From assembly GCA_021432655.1 (NCBI GenBank), contig MU271355.1, positions 1-64,000 on the forward strand: a DNA stretch of 64,000 bases, written 5' to 3'. Positions 12,242-25,984 of this stretch are shown one piece after another. Numbering within the stretch: position 1 is the first letter of the stretch; every line of letters starts with the position of its first letter. Source of the DNA: Atractiella rhizophila (Eukaryota). The notes under the pieces were generated by a model. That model searched no databases and was not told where the DNA came from. It saw nothing but the letters and a program-made list of their open reading frames with translations. The position numbers and the translations under genes were made by a program.

Positions 12242-13211
12242 TATAAAAAGTCCATTATAACTTCATTGTAATTCATTCCTTTCGACCCTTGGAATCAACA
12301 GAAAGGATCATCATTCCAAACTTGGCATCTGCCACCTCTGTCACTGAATTTCCTCCTGAAATTGGCAGGCTCCTTCGTAATTGTCACCTTCAGCATCACT
12401 TTGTCGGCACGGCCGGTCCGTTGAAGGAAATTGGCTGAGGAGCGCAAATGCGAAAGTGTATGTGCCCTCTCTGACTTCAAAGCTAGAAATAAATCAACGA
12501 TCTCCTTCCTTCTGTAGGCTAATCCATTCGAATCCTCTGCATGCTAGAAGGAGATTTACAAGTAGGGAGGGGTAGAGTTATATGGGAGGACTAACACCCA
12601 AGTCGCCGTGCGTTTCTTCAACTGTTGGCCCTCCTTTTAAACTGACAAATGTTTGGCCCTTATGTCACTTACTGTATACCTCAGTGCTCAATATCATAAT
12701 GGTCATTCACAATTCTCTTCGCCACTCTTGTTGCGCTTTTACGTCGGCCGAACGATGGCGAATTTTACATCAACAAGGCCTTTGTCCTTGAGGTCATCAT
12801 AGGCCTTGTTGGCTTTGCTTCTTCCTCCTGATTGGAACAAGGTCATCGAATGAATGGCTGGCAGCATCCACGAGTTGTTTGCTTCTCTTTGCTTTCAGGT
12901 CTTCCAAGGACCTAATCTTTGCCACTTGCCACTGTTCCCTTATCAAAAACCGCGCAAATCTCCTTCCTTTGTCAGATCAGTCTTATATAACCAACCATCA
13001 ACTCATCTCCCTTACTCCATCACTCCATTGCCAGGATTTGGCTTCACTACTATTTGATATGGACCAAAAGTATATAGGCAGGAAGAAGAGGTCCCCCGTT
13101 ACCTCGACTCCCTCACCATTACACCTAGTCCTTCGAACTTCAGAAACCACGGTACCCAATGGCCACGGTATCATCGTTTCACGTTGCTCGGCCCTTTCCA
13201 TCGCAGCCTCC

Positions 13212-13493
13212 ATGGATTCACTTTCACTCGCTGCCGTCCGTCCCCACTTCTCGATGCAACCACGTCTCCCGCCAATCTCAACCTTCGACCAGCCCCCCGC
13301 TTTCTTGAGGAAGAGGAGAAACGCGATTGTGGACGCGTTGGAAGGAAATAGTATCTTTGTCGCTTGGCAGAAAGCAGCGGATATGGAGGAGAGGAGGAGG
13401 ATGCTTAAACTGAGAAGGGTAAGGAATATGCGGGAGTTGAGGACCAAAGGTTGCGTTGGTGAAGTGGTGAAGAAGGTTGGATTTGCTAAATGA
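13212..13493 (+). CDS. Small basic hypothetical protein (93 aa) containing RKRRNAI
   Basis: ATG at 13212 within ORF 12879..13493, with a TATATA-like box ~140 bp upstream and a helical, charged C-terminus. Confidence 0.5.
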   Translation: MDSLSLAAVRPHFSMQPRLPPISTFDQPPAFLRKRRNAIVDALEGNSIFVAWQKAADMEERRRMLKLRRVRNMRELRTKGCVGEVVKKVGFAK

Positions 13494-16400
13494 GTATATT
13501 AAAGGGAAGAAAGATGGGAAATTGTTGTAAGTCGAATCGGTCGGTCTGCCTGGCCAAGGGATGCTGATGCCCTTCACGTCACAGATATCATTACTCCACC
13601 ACAAGCTGTGTATACTGCCAACCCCACCTAGATCCCATTCCACATCATGACTTCTCCATCTCCAAACACGCTTGATCACTTTTCTATGCTGTTCTCATCC
13701 TATTTGTGCAGACCAATCTTTCCTGTTCTGTAGTTACAAACCTGCCTCATCTGAAAGAGTCAATTTGTGCACGATGTACAGCGCTGCAGGCATCCCAGTC
13801 AAGTCCAGGTGCAAAAGGTGAAAGTCTAATTTCATGCGAGTGCCTTCAGGCAGTGAGGCAATGCGAGCACCACTCAAGTGATCGGTCAACAGTTTGGCCA
13901 AGTTCAAGTTGCCCTCCTCTTCATCACTTGCAAAGGTACTGTGTTGGTCTGCAAAAAAAGATTGGAGAGGGAAATATCCTAACTATGTACAGGTGAAATA
14001 CATTACCTGTGACGTGTGAGACCAAACTAATGAGAATGTGGTCTCGCACTCGAGGGCAATTCGCTTTTATCAGAGAAAGGTGCTGAAGACTGAGAAGGTG
14101 CAATTGGAAGTAAAAAGAAATCTTGAGCACACACTAAAGTAGGGATACTAGGAGACGTGAATGCTCCCGGAAAGTAGGAGGCGTAAGTGCTCTGGTCACC
14201 ACCTCAGTCAAATCAGTAGATCATTGCTCACCTTGCACATCTCTCTGCCTTAGAAACATTTCAATGAAAGAAAATAAAGTGAGCAAATAATCAACGCAAT
14301 ATTCGGACCAAGCAGTGGATGCACCGGATGACAGAGTCGGCGCGCAAGGAACAGCGGGAAGGCCCAGGTCGAATTCCAGTTATTGATGTTAGTCATACTG
14401 CTCGTTACCTCCGCAGAGAGAGGAGGTGGCAGAAGGGAACAGACTTGATACGACAGGAAGAGCGTGCTCATTCTGTAGCCTCGGCTCGCTTTGTCACGAT
14501 CCCTCGAGCCTAGTCGTCCGGGTGGAAGGACGGTCCAGCCATGGAACCCGAAGCAATTACCGTCACAGAGGAATCCGACCTTCGCGTCGGAACAATGCTT
14601 CAGATCAACGGTTATGAACAACGGATGTGGTGGCCGGCTCTATCTATGAGAGCGACCAGGCTGAGCCTTCTCCTCCTTTTGTCAGCCCATCAAGGGGTGG
14701 GTGAACTGCCTCGCACTCATTCCAGCTCCGTTCAGGGCCTCAACCTCGTCAGCTCTTTGAGGTTGTTGTGACCGCTTTCCTGTAGTCAGCAGTCGTGTTC
14801 TTCTCTTCCAACACTCGAGGCTTCTTGACAGACCATGATGTAATCGTCGCAGTCGGCCGGCCTTGAGCAATCTTGGTTTGTTGAAAGCTAAAACAACCCG
14901 CTTTCTCATGTTTGAATACCATGATCGAGCCTTCACGTCTGAATTTGGGGTCCAGTTCCATGTCATTGTCTGAGACAGATGCTCCAAGCTTGCGACTGAG
15001 CTAATGAATCAAGTCACTGATCGGTATCATTGAAACGCCCTGATTCTTCTCTTCCAGTTTTGTTTCCCCTCCTTAAAAGGAGGCCATTCTTAGTTTCGCT
15101 TCAGGGGCTCACTGATTTCATCTTTAATCAATCCGTATCTTCATTTTCCAGGTACTTTCTGTGCCATTAGTCTTCGCCAGAGATGAATGCAACGGAGGAA
15201 ATTTACATCTGGAGGAAGGCATTGAGCAAACTTTATTTCCTGGCAGATTTTGCGGTCCTACACGGGTCGAGTTCTCCTGACGAGGTGATAGTAATCCGTA
15301 AGTTAAGCACCCGATCCACTCTTGCAGGCTAGCTCAACCGGTCCTCTTTGTCCTCTTAGTTTTCCCCGCAGGTTTGTGAGCTACCCACTGACACAATGAT
15401 CTCTCAGCGTCGTATCAAAGGGTATTGGACATGAATGGTGTAGAGTACTTTCCTTCATCGAGTGATGGACTCGTGTGGCTTCGAGGTCAGTACTGGGTTT
15501 ACGTCTGGCATGCCATTCAGCATCTCCTCTATTTCCTCTCCGCTCTCCAGTTCTGAGCCCGGCCGGATTAACATATCTGCGGTCGTTTTTAGGTCAAGCA
15601 TTGGTTTCCCATTCCCAAGGCAACACGTGAAATAATCTGATGAAGTCGGGGGAAAAGATGTGTCTGCCAAAATTTCGACATTCAAAATTAATGTGAGTTA
15701 CATCCTCTGTCTCTGGCTTTGCTGTGGTGGGTGATGGGTGAATGCTTTAGATAAGCGCCTTGCCGTCATCAGAAAACACTTCATTTCTTGCAGACTCAGG
15801 GCACAACTGGTAGGCGAATTCGACCCATCAAAATGTGTTGTTTGTTGTGGGACACTGTATGATATCTGTGATTCCAGCGGTTCCAATCCCCCAAATTTTC
15901 ATTACAAAAGCTTTCTGTCATAACCGTTCTGTTGCGTTGCTTTCTTTCTCAGCCTTTTGTGCATTTGCGCCTACGGAAGTTTGGTGCCATCACAAGTGCT
16001 ATTGTCCACTCTACTTTCCTCACAATATTCTCTGGCTACAATACCTCTGAAACGTCACTCGCGCTCAGTTATCCAGTACTTTGCTTCAAATGGTGAAAAT
16101 GATGGACAGAGTGGACGAATTTGGTCGGTGATCGCGGAAGGACGAGTGAAGGACCTTTCCAGCGTCTCTTCGACTCTTTTTCGACCTCTGCCATCTCTTT
16201 TTGCTGCACTTACCCACTGCGCCAAGGTTTGCCTTTCATTTCGCATTCCGCCAACCCCTCCGCCTTTTTTTTCATTGTGGCCTCGTGGGGGCTTTCTTTT
16301 CTGTTACCAGTGTCTTCTCTTCCTCCCCCCTCTCTCCTTGCTTCTAGTGTCCTAATTGACATGTGCCTTAAGTCCCTTGCCCGCCGCTCCCTGTCTGCTA

Positions 16401-18116
16401 GCCTCACTCCCTCCCCGCACTTCACCGTCCTTCACGCTTCCACCAAGCCTGTGAGCGCTCTGCAGTCAAATGTGGACTGGAGGTTTGACGTCGGCTACCG
16501 AAAGCGAAGATGTGTCGAGCGGCCAATAATCAACATGGGATGTCAGCGGGACGTGTAGCACTTTCTTTGGCACCTTAGTTCGCACTCCATCTCCAGTCCT
16601 CACCGTCCTATGCCTCTCCCGTATTCCATGCCCTCCCATTCTCTCTCCCACGTCATCCCCCACCTTCTATCGCACTCGGGCTCGCACTCCATGGCTCCCT
16701 CTCCATCGACGCTGGCTTCGTCACATCGAGATCAACAATGAAATGGCTGATTGAGAAAGAGGATGGCAATGGTGACAGTGTTGGACCAGGAGGACGTTTA
16801 GGTCGGCCGCTCTCGTCTCCTAAGCCTCTACCCTCCATCCCTCTTGTCTCCCGCTACCGACTCAAGTGTCATCAATATTCTCGCAGGTGGCCACCTCCGC
16901 CTCCTCTGTCATCCTGATTGCTAACTACCCTCCCTTACTGTCCCAGCCACATCTAGCTAGAGATGCCAACGAGTAGTATGTTCCACTCGCCTGCGATTGT
17001 CACTAACACTATGCAGAGGACGGGAGCCAAAATGAACAGCCTGATCCTACTCCAGCAGCTCAAGTGATTCCTTCCATACGCACAGGAGGAGAGTAAGAGG
17101 TATGTACATACCCATACATTCCATTGCCTTCTCAAATTTTTATAGAGGGATCACTTGAGAGCAATATTTCCCGTCCCAATGCCAAAAGGGCAAAGTTGCT
17201 CCGACCGAATGCGATACCCCAGCTTGAAAGCGACTACCTTCCAAAGCAGTGATTCAACCTTCAGAACCAATCCGTAGCCTGGAGAATGCACGATTTGACT
17301 TTGGAAGCATAATAGGTGAGATTGTGATTTGTGCAACTTAGTACCTAACTACAAATAGCCCCTGAACATGACTGGACTCATAAGTTATCCTGTTATTTCC
17401 TGAAAGGTAATGTCACTGATGAGATTAAATGTCGCTTAGATCCCTCAGTTCGAACAGAGGGAGATATGCTGCAGCCTACTTTGCCTTCTCTGATTAGCCC
17501 GGTATCACCAAAACGAGCATCTAAACGTGGCGAGTTTCTCATCATTGTTGTTTGATGGCCTTCTAAGTATCCTTTTTCCGTCTAGCTCTGTCAGTAAACA
17601 GCATTTCCAGTACCACTTCTCGACGATCTCTCTGAATAAAAACCCTAAAGGAGCGTGAAGGAGACTTTGGTGTTTCAATGGACATGGAAGATGTTTTAGG
17701 TTCACAGTCATGGTCTCTCTTTCTATGGTTGTAAATTAACCATATGACAGATACAAATGCGATGCCAATTGAAGGTGAGTCTCCAGTTAGCTCCATGCCA
17801 CCGATTCGGTTCTGTTGTAGTTGAGCGTGTGCAAGAAACTAAATCTCGCAGCGATTCTCCATCAAAAGGGTCGGTTAGTCGAAGAAGAAAAGTGCAAGAA
17901 AATAGAGCAGACCAAAACAACGTCAGAAGACCTGTTCACTCTCCAGGTATGCAGCAATCTTATGTTCATAGCTCTAGGCAACTTGTGTTACTAATGGGCT
18001 TGTGAAGGTTTCATTCAAAGCGGACTGGCCGAAGTCAAAGCATCAATGATGCCATTGCGGTTAATTCGCAGTAGTGGTACGCAGGTCCTATATTAGTGTT
18101 CTTAGCAATTCGTGTA

Positions 18117-19822
18117 TGGCAGATGAAGCCCAGCCAATGGAACAAGAAGGCAACGAAGCGGCTCCTGTAACGATAGAAGGAGAGCTGAGCACTGTTTCAG
18201 CAGTTTCTTTCGACTTCGATGCGGTCACAGATTCGGGCGCCAATCATGACACAGTTCCTGCAGAAGACAGTGGTGGAGCAAGCAAAAGGAATCCCAATGT
18301 TTCATCAACAGGTTTGTCCATCATGCACATAACTAGAACCCAACTCCAATTATTCACTTCGTCAGGTTCTGCTAACACAACTACGACAATCGACTTGTTG
18401 ATCGAAAGGCTCAACAACTTGGAGCTCCAGCATGCTGTCCAAGCAACAGCTTCAACAAGAGCAAATCAAGGCCTTGAAGAAGACACATGAGGAAAACAAT
18501 CTTCTTAAAGCTAGAATTTGCCAGCTAGAAGCAATTCCAGAGGATGTGCCTATGGAGGAGGATAACAGTACGTTGTTGATAAGTATTCAACAGACACTTA
18601 CACAGCTCTAGTTCCGGCTCCTCAGACTCCAACAGTTCTCCACTCTGCAACTTCTATTTCCATTATCCCTGTTGCCGAAAGACGACGAGTATTTCAGCCA
18701 GAGATGATCCTTAATCCACCACCTTTGTTCCGCAATCAGAAGCATTGCCGTTGAATTCCCAAGCTGCGCGAGGACCTGCTACTCATGAAGGTTCTCCAAT
18801 CAGAGCAAATCGAAGCCCTCCAACTCGAAAAAAGTCTGTTCGCCGTTCACCGCCAAAACAATCTCCAAATCGGAGTGCTCGCCGTGAGCGAATTGATGAG
18901 AGGACAGGGTCTTCTCACTCTAACGACGAAAATGATCGATTATCACCGAGTCCTGGGGCCTCAAAGCGACGGAAGGTCCGGATGCCGTTAAGAGAGAAGC
19001 TCCTCTACAAGCATCCGCTTGCGGAATACAACAACGGGAAGATGCCTCGCGCAGCTCTGAACACAAAGGTTAGCATTCCATGATTTTTTTAGGAAGGTTT
19101 GCTGAGTTACAGTCTTCTAGACCGCTTTTTATCACCACAAGTGTGTCAGAGGCCTTCGTCCCTCAGGCCCCCCAACCCACTCGCAAGGGGCATGGCCCCT
19201 TGAACCCTACTGTGACTGTTGTGTGGGTTCGAGTCCAGTATGAAACGAATTTTTTTTACCCCCTTCAGAACAAATTTTCCTCGCGGCTTCAGAAAGGCGC
19301 AAGCATATGCAGTAAGATGGTGTAATTCATTTCGTTTCAATGTGCCTGCTGAGGGAGGTGTGAACGCTCAAAAGTGCGTTTTATGACTCATGCCAAGAAC
19401 GGATGGCTTTTAGAGGTAAGGATCGAGGTAAGGATATGCGCCTTTGTGCCGGAATCTTGCTTACGACTGACGTTCTTACCTGCCAAATCCACAATGCTGG
19501 ACTGCTTATACTGAAAATTTCAGAGCGGATGGTAGCTACCTCAAAGTTGGGAGAGATATCGATCGAGCGCCATTCCTCGTCCCTGCCAACAAGGTTCTCG
19601 CTTACGATCGTGGTAAACTGCAAGCTCGCGGTGTTCCGTCGACTTTTAGGAAAATTGACGATCAAGCATTTGACTACATGCGGCACATGTTGCAGCGTTT
19701 TGGTGTCGAGGAGCTTTTCCCTAACGTCGAGGAATCGAGATTCTCGCGGTTCAACAACTTTGTTCGCCATGTTATTTGTTTCACGTTCACTTGGCTATGC
19801 GACATTAAAGCCTACGCTTTTT
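18117..19822 (+). pseudogene. Multi-exon hypothetical protein gene, interrupted at ~19823 by a repeat insertion
   Basis: Low-complexity N-terminus (18074.., 18745..) followed by an ordered segment MRHMLQRFGVEELFPNVEESRFSRFNNFVRHVICFTF that runs into the repeat. Confidence 0.45.
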
Positions 19823-20171
19823 CGGCAAACTGGTCGCCCCCAGGGGTTTGCGTAAGCGGCCGGAGGCTGCAAGCGAAAAATGGTTTTGCGCTTCAATTTG
19901 AGAATATTTGCAGCCAAAAAGCAGGTCAAAACTGGTCGACCAGTTTTATCGCTGACCAACTCCGACCCCTCAGCAGACCCGTCGCCGAGTTTTAGACCTG
20001 TTCTTAACCCCGACACCGCCGACCCCTGAGGCAACGGGTCTGCTGCCCCAAGAGGTCGGAGTTGGTCGGCGATAAAACTGATTGACCAGTTTTGACCTGC
20101 TTTTTGGCTGCAAATTTTCTCAAAATTGAGCAAACCCCTGGGGCGACCAGTTTGCCGCGACGGGTCTGCTG
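19823..20171. repeat. Palindromic cluster of MITE-like ends (CAGCAGACCCGTCG family); second copy at 53174-53340
   Basis: 19823-19970 is inverted relative to 20050-20157. Three CAGCAGACCCGT(C/T)G ends; perfect palindrome AAAACTGGTCGACCAGTTTT at 19928-19947. Confidence 0.85.
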
Positions 20172-21335
20172 GGTTCCTTGCCGTCTGTACCCGCTTGAGG
20201 ACGCAGGACGACGTCAACGGCAATCTTGCTGTGCATTTGGGATATTTCATTGAAATATTCACAACCGAGAGGCCGGAAAACCGGCGTCCCAAAATGGCGC
20301 AGAGGTTTCTACCTTGGCCCTCAGTCATGCCTTCTCTTGAATGAAACATGCTGCGTTTAATGAATGTGTGAATGCCCAGACGTTTTTATGCAAACCGTCT
20401 GTGCCATGGAGCGCACGGATGTTGTTGCTTGATGAGGCAATGAGTGGTTCCCACGTGCAGGTCCATCCAGATCTTCTTCCCATCATGTTGTAATTGCCGC
20501 AGCAACACTAAGTATCGGGTTACAGAGCATAATTATGATTTTCAATGTTGACAACCATCTCGGGTCGTTATGAAGTCCCCTTCCTCATCATTCAGATCTT
20601 GAAAGATCTCCGTTTCATGCTCCTTCATAATTTCATGCGCATCCCTCATTTTTCACCCAACTGCCGACTTCCTCAACACTCAGCGCACGCTCAACCTCTG
20701 ATTCGACGGTTCCTGGGTCACGCGAGCGAAGCATATGCTCTGGGGGAGATTTAGGATTTGTGCAGTCCCAAACTGTGGAGGCAACTGTTGGCCTCTTCCA
20801 AACCTTTCTGCATGGTTATGTGCCGCTCTCACTGGAGCCTAGCTAGGGACTTACCTCCGACCAGAAGCTTGAAGCAGAGCTCGTTGTCCAGCTATGTCTT
20901 GTCCACGTCAAAGAATGAACGGGTAGCTATAAAAGCTGCTCTCCAGAGAGACAATAATACCTCAGTTGAGATTCCTGTCCACTTCACCCAAATCCTCTCG
21001 GCTCGTCACATTTTTTTCGTGTACCCAGATCTGCTCATCTTCACCTTTCGAATACTAGTTCTAGAATACTCGTTAGTCTCTGGTTAGCCTTCCATTTTCT
21101 GCTTGGCTCATCCTCTTGCTAACACAGACACCGATCAACATTTACAGAGCAGACTGTTGGAATTAACTTCCATTCGCAAAAAAGCAAGGTGAGTCTGAAA
21201 TCTACGTCAATCATCAATCATTGCAGCTGAGAGCGCTGAGATCTGCGATGTTTCTCTTTCAGCTACATTAAATGAATCTTTCGTACATATTCCACGCTCC
21301 TTCCGACCTCTCTCACCTGTGGTATTAGGACTGGT

Positions 21336-22395
21336 ATGATACCCGTCAGAACTCCTACGTTGAACGCTCCTCGAGGATACAAAGTTTATGTGGGAAAAAC
21401 TCATGTTGTATGTTATTTATCCGCCTTGGTCATTCCCGTTATGCTGGAATGTGACAAACGCATAGAACACAACCTGGGAGACCGTACGGGGAATCTTTTG
21501 GTCGTTTGGCTCGTGCGTTCCGGCCGTATATCCCTTTAGACCGTCTCACTGAGATAGGTGGTGCAAGTTTGATCGAAGTCTTTCGAATGGATCCGATGGA
21601 AGGCAGCGACGAGTGTTATTTTTTTGTCACCTTTCGCGAGCAGCAAACAGCGGAAGCAGCAATAGAGCATTTTCACAATCTTGGTGGCCTACTTATTGTA
21701 GGTAGTTGGCTTCCTTTTTAGACACATACCCATTCATTGTCATTAGGATGGGAAGGTGGCAAGTGTTGGCTGGGCCAAGGTAACTGTGGTCCCAACACCG
21801 TCTGAGAGAGGGGATCGGCCAGGGAGTCGGTATGACCCTTTCTACCTGTATGCCTCTGCTTCGCTTTGCAGACGACCATATCTTGATTATGTTTGGCAGG
21901 AAGCACAAAGGCACCCTGGCACCGGTCAACAACATGGCAAATCGGATAGTGAGCAACAGACGACGGGCAACCTAGTACGCTGTCTCAACACCTTCATCAA
22001 ACCCTCCACTTCCGAGTCGAGTCCCCTCTGCTACAACACTCCAACCTGTTCCAACGTCTACCCTCACAGTAACAAGCGTCAGCCTTTCTAGTCTCATTGA
22101 CTCCCCCACTTTAATTACGTCCATATTGAGAAATCCTGTTTTTGATGACCCGACATTTCCCAATCTTACTCTCCTCAATAGGCTCGTGAACGACGTTCTT
22201 CAGCTTTTTGTTCGCGATCAGGAATTGGCGCAAGCAGTCTTGCAAGCGCGTCCTCAAATTGAGAGACTCCTCATGAGGCATATTCGTTTCACTGCCCCGA
22301 CACTCAGCAGCACATTGGAAGTCAACGGCACCAACTTTCCCCCCGCTTCAAGATTTACGCTGTCTCCCGATGTTCTCGCTCTCCGTCAAGCTTGA
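21336..22395 (+). CDS. RRM-domain RNA-binding protein (multi-exon)
   Basis: Splicing at canonical GT-AG sites gives YKVYVG (RNP2)...NTTWETVRGIFWSFGSLIEVF...YFFVTFREQQTAEAAIEHFH (RNP1)...IDGKVASVGWAK. The 3' exons are less certain. Confidence 0.8.
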
Positions 22396-22949
22396 TCATG
22401 CCATTTTTTTCTTGCTTCTTGCACACCAATGTGCGTCGGGCTAGGCTGCTGCTTGCACTGGTCTTTCATATGCTTCCTTTCCTGTCAGCTCAACCTCTCC
22501 GATGCACTTGCGCTGTTCAGTTCTACTGTATCATTTCATCATTGCAGCGCTCCTGTTACAGTGTACTCTGAAAGATGCGGAGCGCCATGGTCTGTATGTT
22601 TTCAAGCATCGATTCGCCGGTGTTATAACCTTCAGGTTATATTTCAGGATGCCTCTCAGTTAGTCCAGCATTTTTCAAATAACAAAGATGTGTCCTGTTC
22701 GAGTAGCTTCGGCGATTATAGCTTGTTGCAATCTACGTACTTTCCCTTGTGATCAAACTATGCAGCGTTACTCATTGGTCACTGAACTGATCTAAAATGG
22801 ATCACAAGAGAAATCACGGAACGTCAAGTATCATGCACACAACTTTCCAGCTGCCAACGCATCCATCCACAAAAAGATTTCATTCAAAACTAGCTAGCTA
22901 GAACACGGAACACGACAGGGCAAGTCAGAGTGCATACACTACCTATTAT

Positions 22950-25001
22950 TAGGGAATGTATACGGGTCACCCGTGACCCCATGGGGAAATCCGCCACGGG
23001 TAAGAGACACAATCCATATCCCTACCCCTCCCTGTACCCGCGGAGCATTCACCCGTGCTCCCCTTGGTTGTACGGGGTTTCCCACGGGTAACCTGTGGAT
23101 GCTCATGGGTGAAAGGGGCACGGGTTAGACCCATGGATATCATAGCTGAACCAAAGTTTTCAATGTATTTCGGATCATGTAACTCACAAATAGTTCCTGA
23201 CCAATCAATGACAATCTCAGCAACACCTGCCGTCCTCTTCCGCTGCTGCCTGCCTCCTTTTGTTCACCATCGCTGTTCTCCAGGAGGACACAAGCTCCTT
23301 CACATCCGCTAAGAGCCCATCCTCATCCCAAAGCTTCAGCATCAACAAGGCACAGAATCTGGCATCCAAAAGTCGGTGACGAAGGTAAGTGACTGTGAGG
23401 CGCCCATCCAAAAAAGCCCTCTCAACATCAGTTGAAGAGCCTTCAGAAGATTTGTCAGAGTGATCACAAAGAGCCTTGAGGAAGGGACTAACACGGAATG
23501 GCGGAAATGTCCATCGCAAGCTCCCAGAATTTCCTCTCCTGCTCTGATCCTGCTACCTTCCAAGCCTTGTAGTGGTAGCTCAATGCATCTAACTCATTTG
23601 TTGACCCGTCCTCTCGCAAGACAATGGCTTCTGGTTTTGCATCCAAAAACTCCATAAGGAAGTCCACTTCAACTGGTGCCCCATTCAATTGCTTGATCAT
23701 CGGATCATACGATGCCATTTTCATCTTCTTTCGCAGATGCCGGTCCTAACCATAATTCATTCAGGATTGTTGGTAACCAGGACATACTTTGCGGCTCATG
23801 TCAGTCTCTCCTGTCATGGTTACTGTGTAATACTTTTGATAATACTCTTTCAGGCTGTTGACTGCATCGGCAATCCAAACTGTTTCCCAATCTAGCAACT
23901 TCAAATAAGCCATCCTTCGATTTGAATGAAGAACTGTGACAAGTCGGGCAATGAGACAACAAAAAACCAGGAGCATATGAAGCGCCCAAGTGCATATATG
24001 TGCCTCATCTGTTACCTTTGAGAAGTACTTATCAAGCAGCTTGTGGGCATGCTCTGCACCATTCAGAATAGCCATATGACCCTCAGCAAAATGCCACTCA
24101 CCATCCAACTGATAATCTTCATACAGCCGGGATAGGTGAATGCCAATGTTATTGAACATTGGTATCACACGAGCGAGATTGGGACTGTCAGATTGTGACA
24201 TTTTGTCGCTCGTCTCCTGAAAGAGCTGGAGCACATTTCAGCACATTGCGTCATGATTATCACAAAGGCAAAAGACTTACATCAAACGACGGAACAAGCT
24301 CATCCAAGATCGACTAGTCCATTCCTGTCAGTCGGCATTTCTCCAGCTTCAGCCTTGGCTTCCGGCAGACATTTGCGATGGGCTCCCTCAGCTGCAGAGC
24401 GCGATTGACCATTGCACCTTCACCATTCCATCGGGTGGGGCAAGCACGAATGAGGTGGATTGGCCGCTTGAAGTGCTTGAGCACTCCGGCTGGGTCGTCT
24501 TTCTGCGCTTGCAGAACTTCGGTCTCCAGGCTTGTGCGTATTGCATCGCTGTCTTCAACCCTCTTGGCCAGATTAGTGACCTGATCCAATGGAGTGGCTG
24601 TGAGAAACATAAGTTGTAAGTCAAAACAACTAATCAAACCTTCGTAAGTGTGAAGCGAGCCTCACGTTCCTGCTTTGCGGAACATTCTGTTGCCATGGCC
24701 TGGTTATCAATTGCCATGATGGCAGCATCATCAGCCTGCGCTTCGTCCGAAGCCCCTTTAATCTGGTAAGCGCAGAACTGGACTCCGGGACCACTCACCA
24801 ATGATGTCTGCCTCATCTCCAAAGTCCGTCTCATTGATTTCATGATCCAGTTCTGCCAATGCAGCTTCATCCAGTACAACAGATGTTCCGACTCCATGCA
24901 CTGAGGACTTCTTGGTTACCGGACATTTGAAGCATGAGATAAATGCCTGGTGATGGCATTGGTTTGATAATTAACACAAAAACATTTAGTAACGCAACAT
25001 A
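22950..25001 (-). mobile_element. hAT transposon, 3' half (degenerate transposase), truncated at 25001 by a foldback terminus
   Basis: CPTRWNG, LDKYF, AMDISAIP and SSTDVERAF (C-terminal dimerisation domain). Terminus TAGGGAATGTATACGGG at 22950 with ACCCG/CGGGT subterminal motifs. Confidence 0.9.
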
Positions 25002-25189
25002 CTACTAACAGTACTTTAGGGTTCAACCCTGCCTCTTTCAGGAATGAGATCCAGGCTGAATCCTTGCCTCCTGGGGACCTAGGGTACAACCCTGCCTCTG
25101 TCAGGAACAGGATCCTGGCTACACCCTTGGTTTAGAAATCTGTTCTCTGTACGTTATTAACTATAAGTGCAATTTTGCAAAACTGCACC

Positions 25190-25355
25190 AGATCGATAGG
25201 TTATCGACATCAGGTATAGAGGAGTCTGAGGGGTGCAATTTTGTTGAAAGTGGCCCATGTCGATAGGTTATCGACACCTCGTGTAGAGGGGTCTCATGAG
25301 TTCAATTTTGTTGAAAGTGGCCCATGTCGATAGGTTATCGACACTACGTATAGAG
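25190..25355 (+). repeat. ~67-bp tandem repeat (type B) carrying hairpin GTCGATA-GGT-TATCGAC
   Basis: Three copies; period 67 (25257 to 25324). Confidence 0.92.
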
Positions 25356-25984
25356 GGGTATGAGAACCAAAGTTTCATGAAACTCGGCCAGGCAGCCGCT
25401 TCAGATTGGCTACAGACATGGATAGATTTATACCCTGCTGAAAGTAGTGCATGCATTGGATGTATACTTGAGCAAGCGAGGGGCTGAATTGTGTAGAATC
25501 AATTTGGGGTATGCACAAACTTGAATGTATGACCAATGATCAAGATAATGGAGCTGTTTAAAATAGTAATACCATTAAAATGAAAAAGTGTTAAGAATGA
25601 TTTAACAAATGTGACCTATTAAAGAGCTTGTTTCGAATCATTACGGTCGAATATGGCGATAAGCAGATGATCAATAATGGTTTTAGTGACAATGAACAAG
25701 ATCATTGCTAAACACTCCGGAAGACAGGCGCATGTGAAGCTATTCTAAACCCTTTATAATTTTTAAATCTTTTAGTGATTGTAACATAAGTCTGAGCGAC
25801 ATAGTAAAACATGCAATGATGACGGTGGTTTGCAGGAACATTTTCAAGTGAAGCATATGGAGCTAGAGGACCTCTGTGGAAGTGATATATCATTCATATG
25901 GAAATTGCATGTATATATGAACTTTGTCGCCACATCCTCATTAGCCACCTTTGGTGATGAGCAAGACATTAGAATGTTTGGAGC

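Noticed and set aside
14250..17900. Short ORFs, possibly decayed genes
   Set aside because: I could not build a coherent gene model or recognise any domain.
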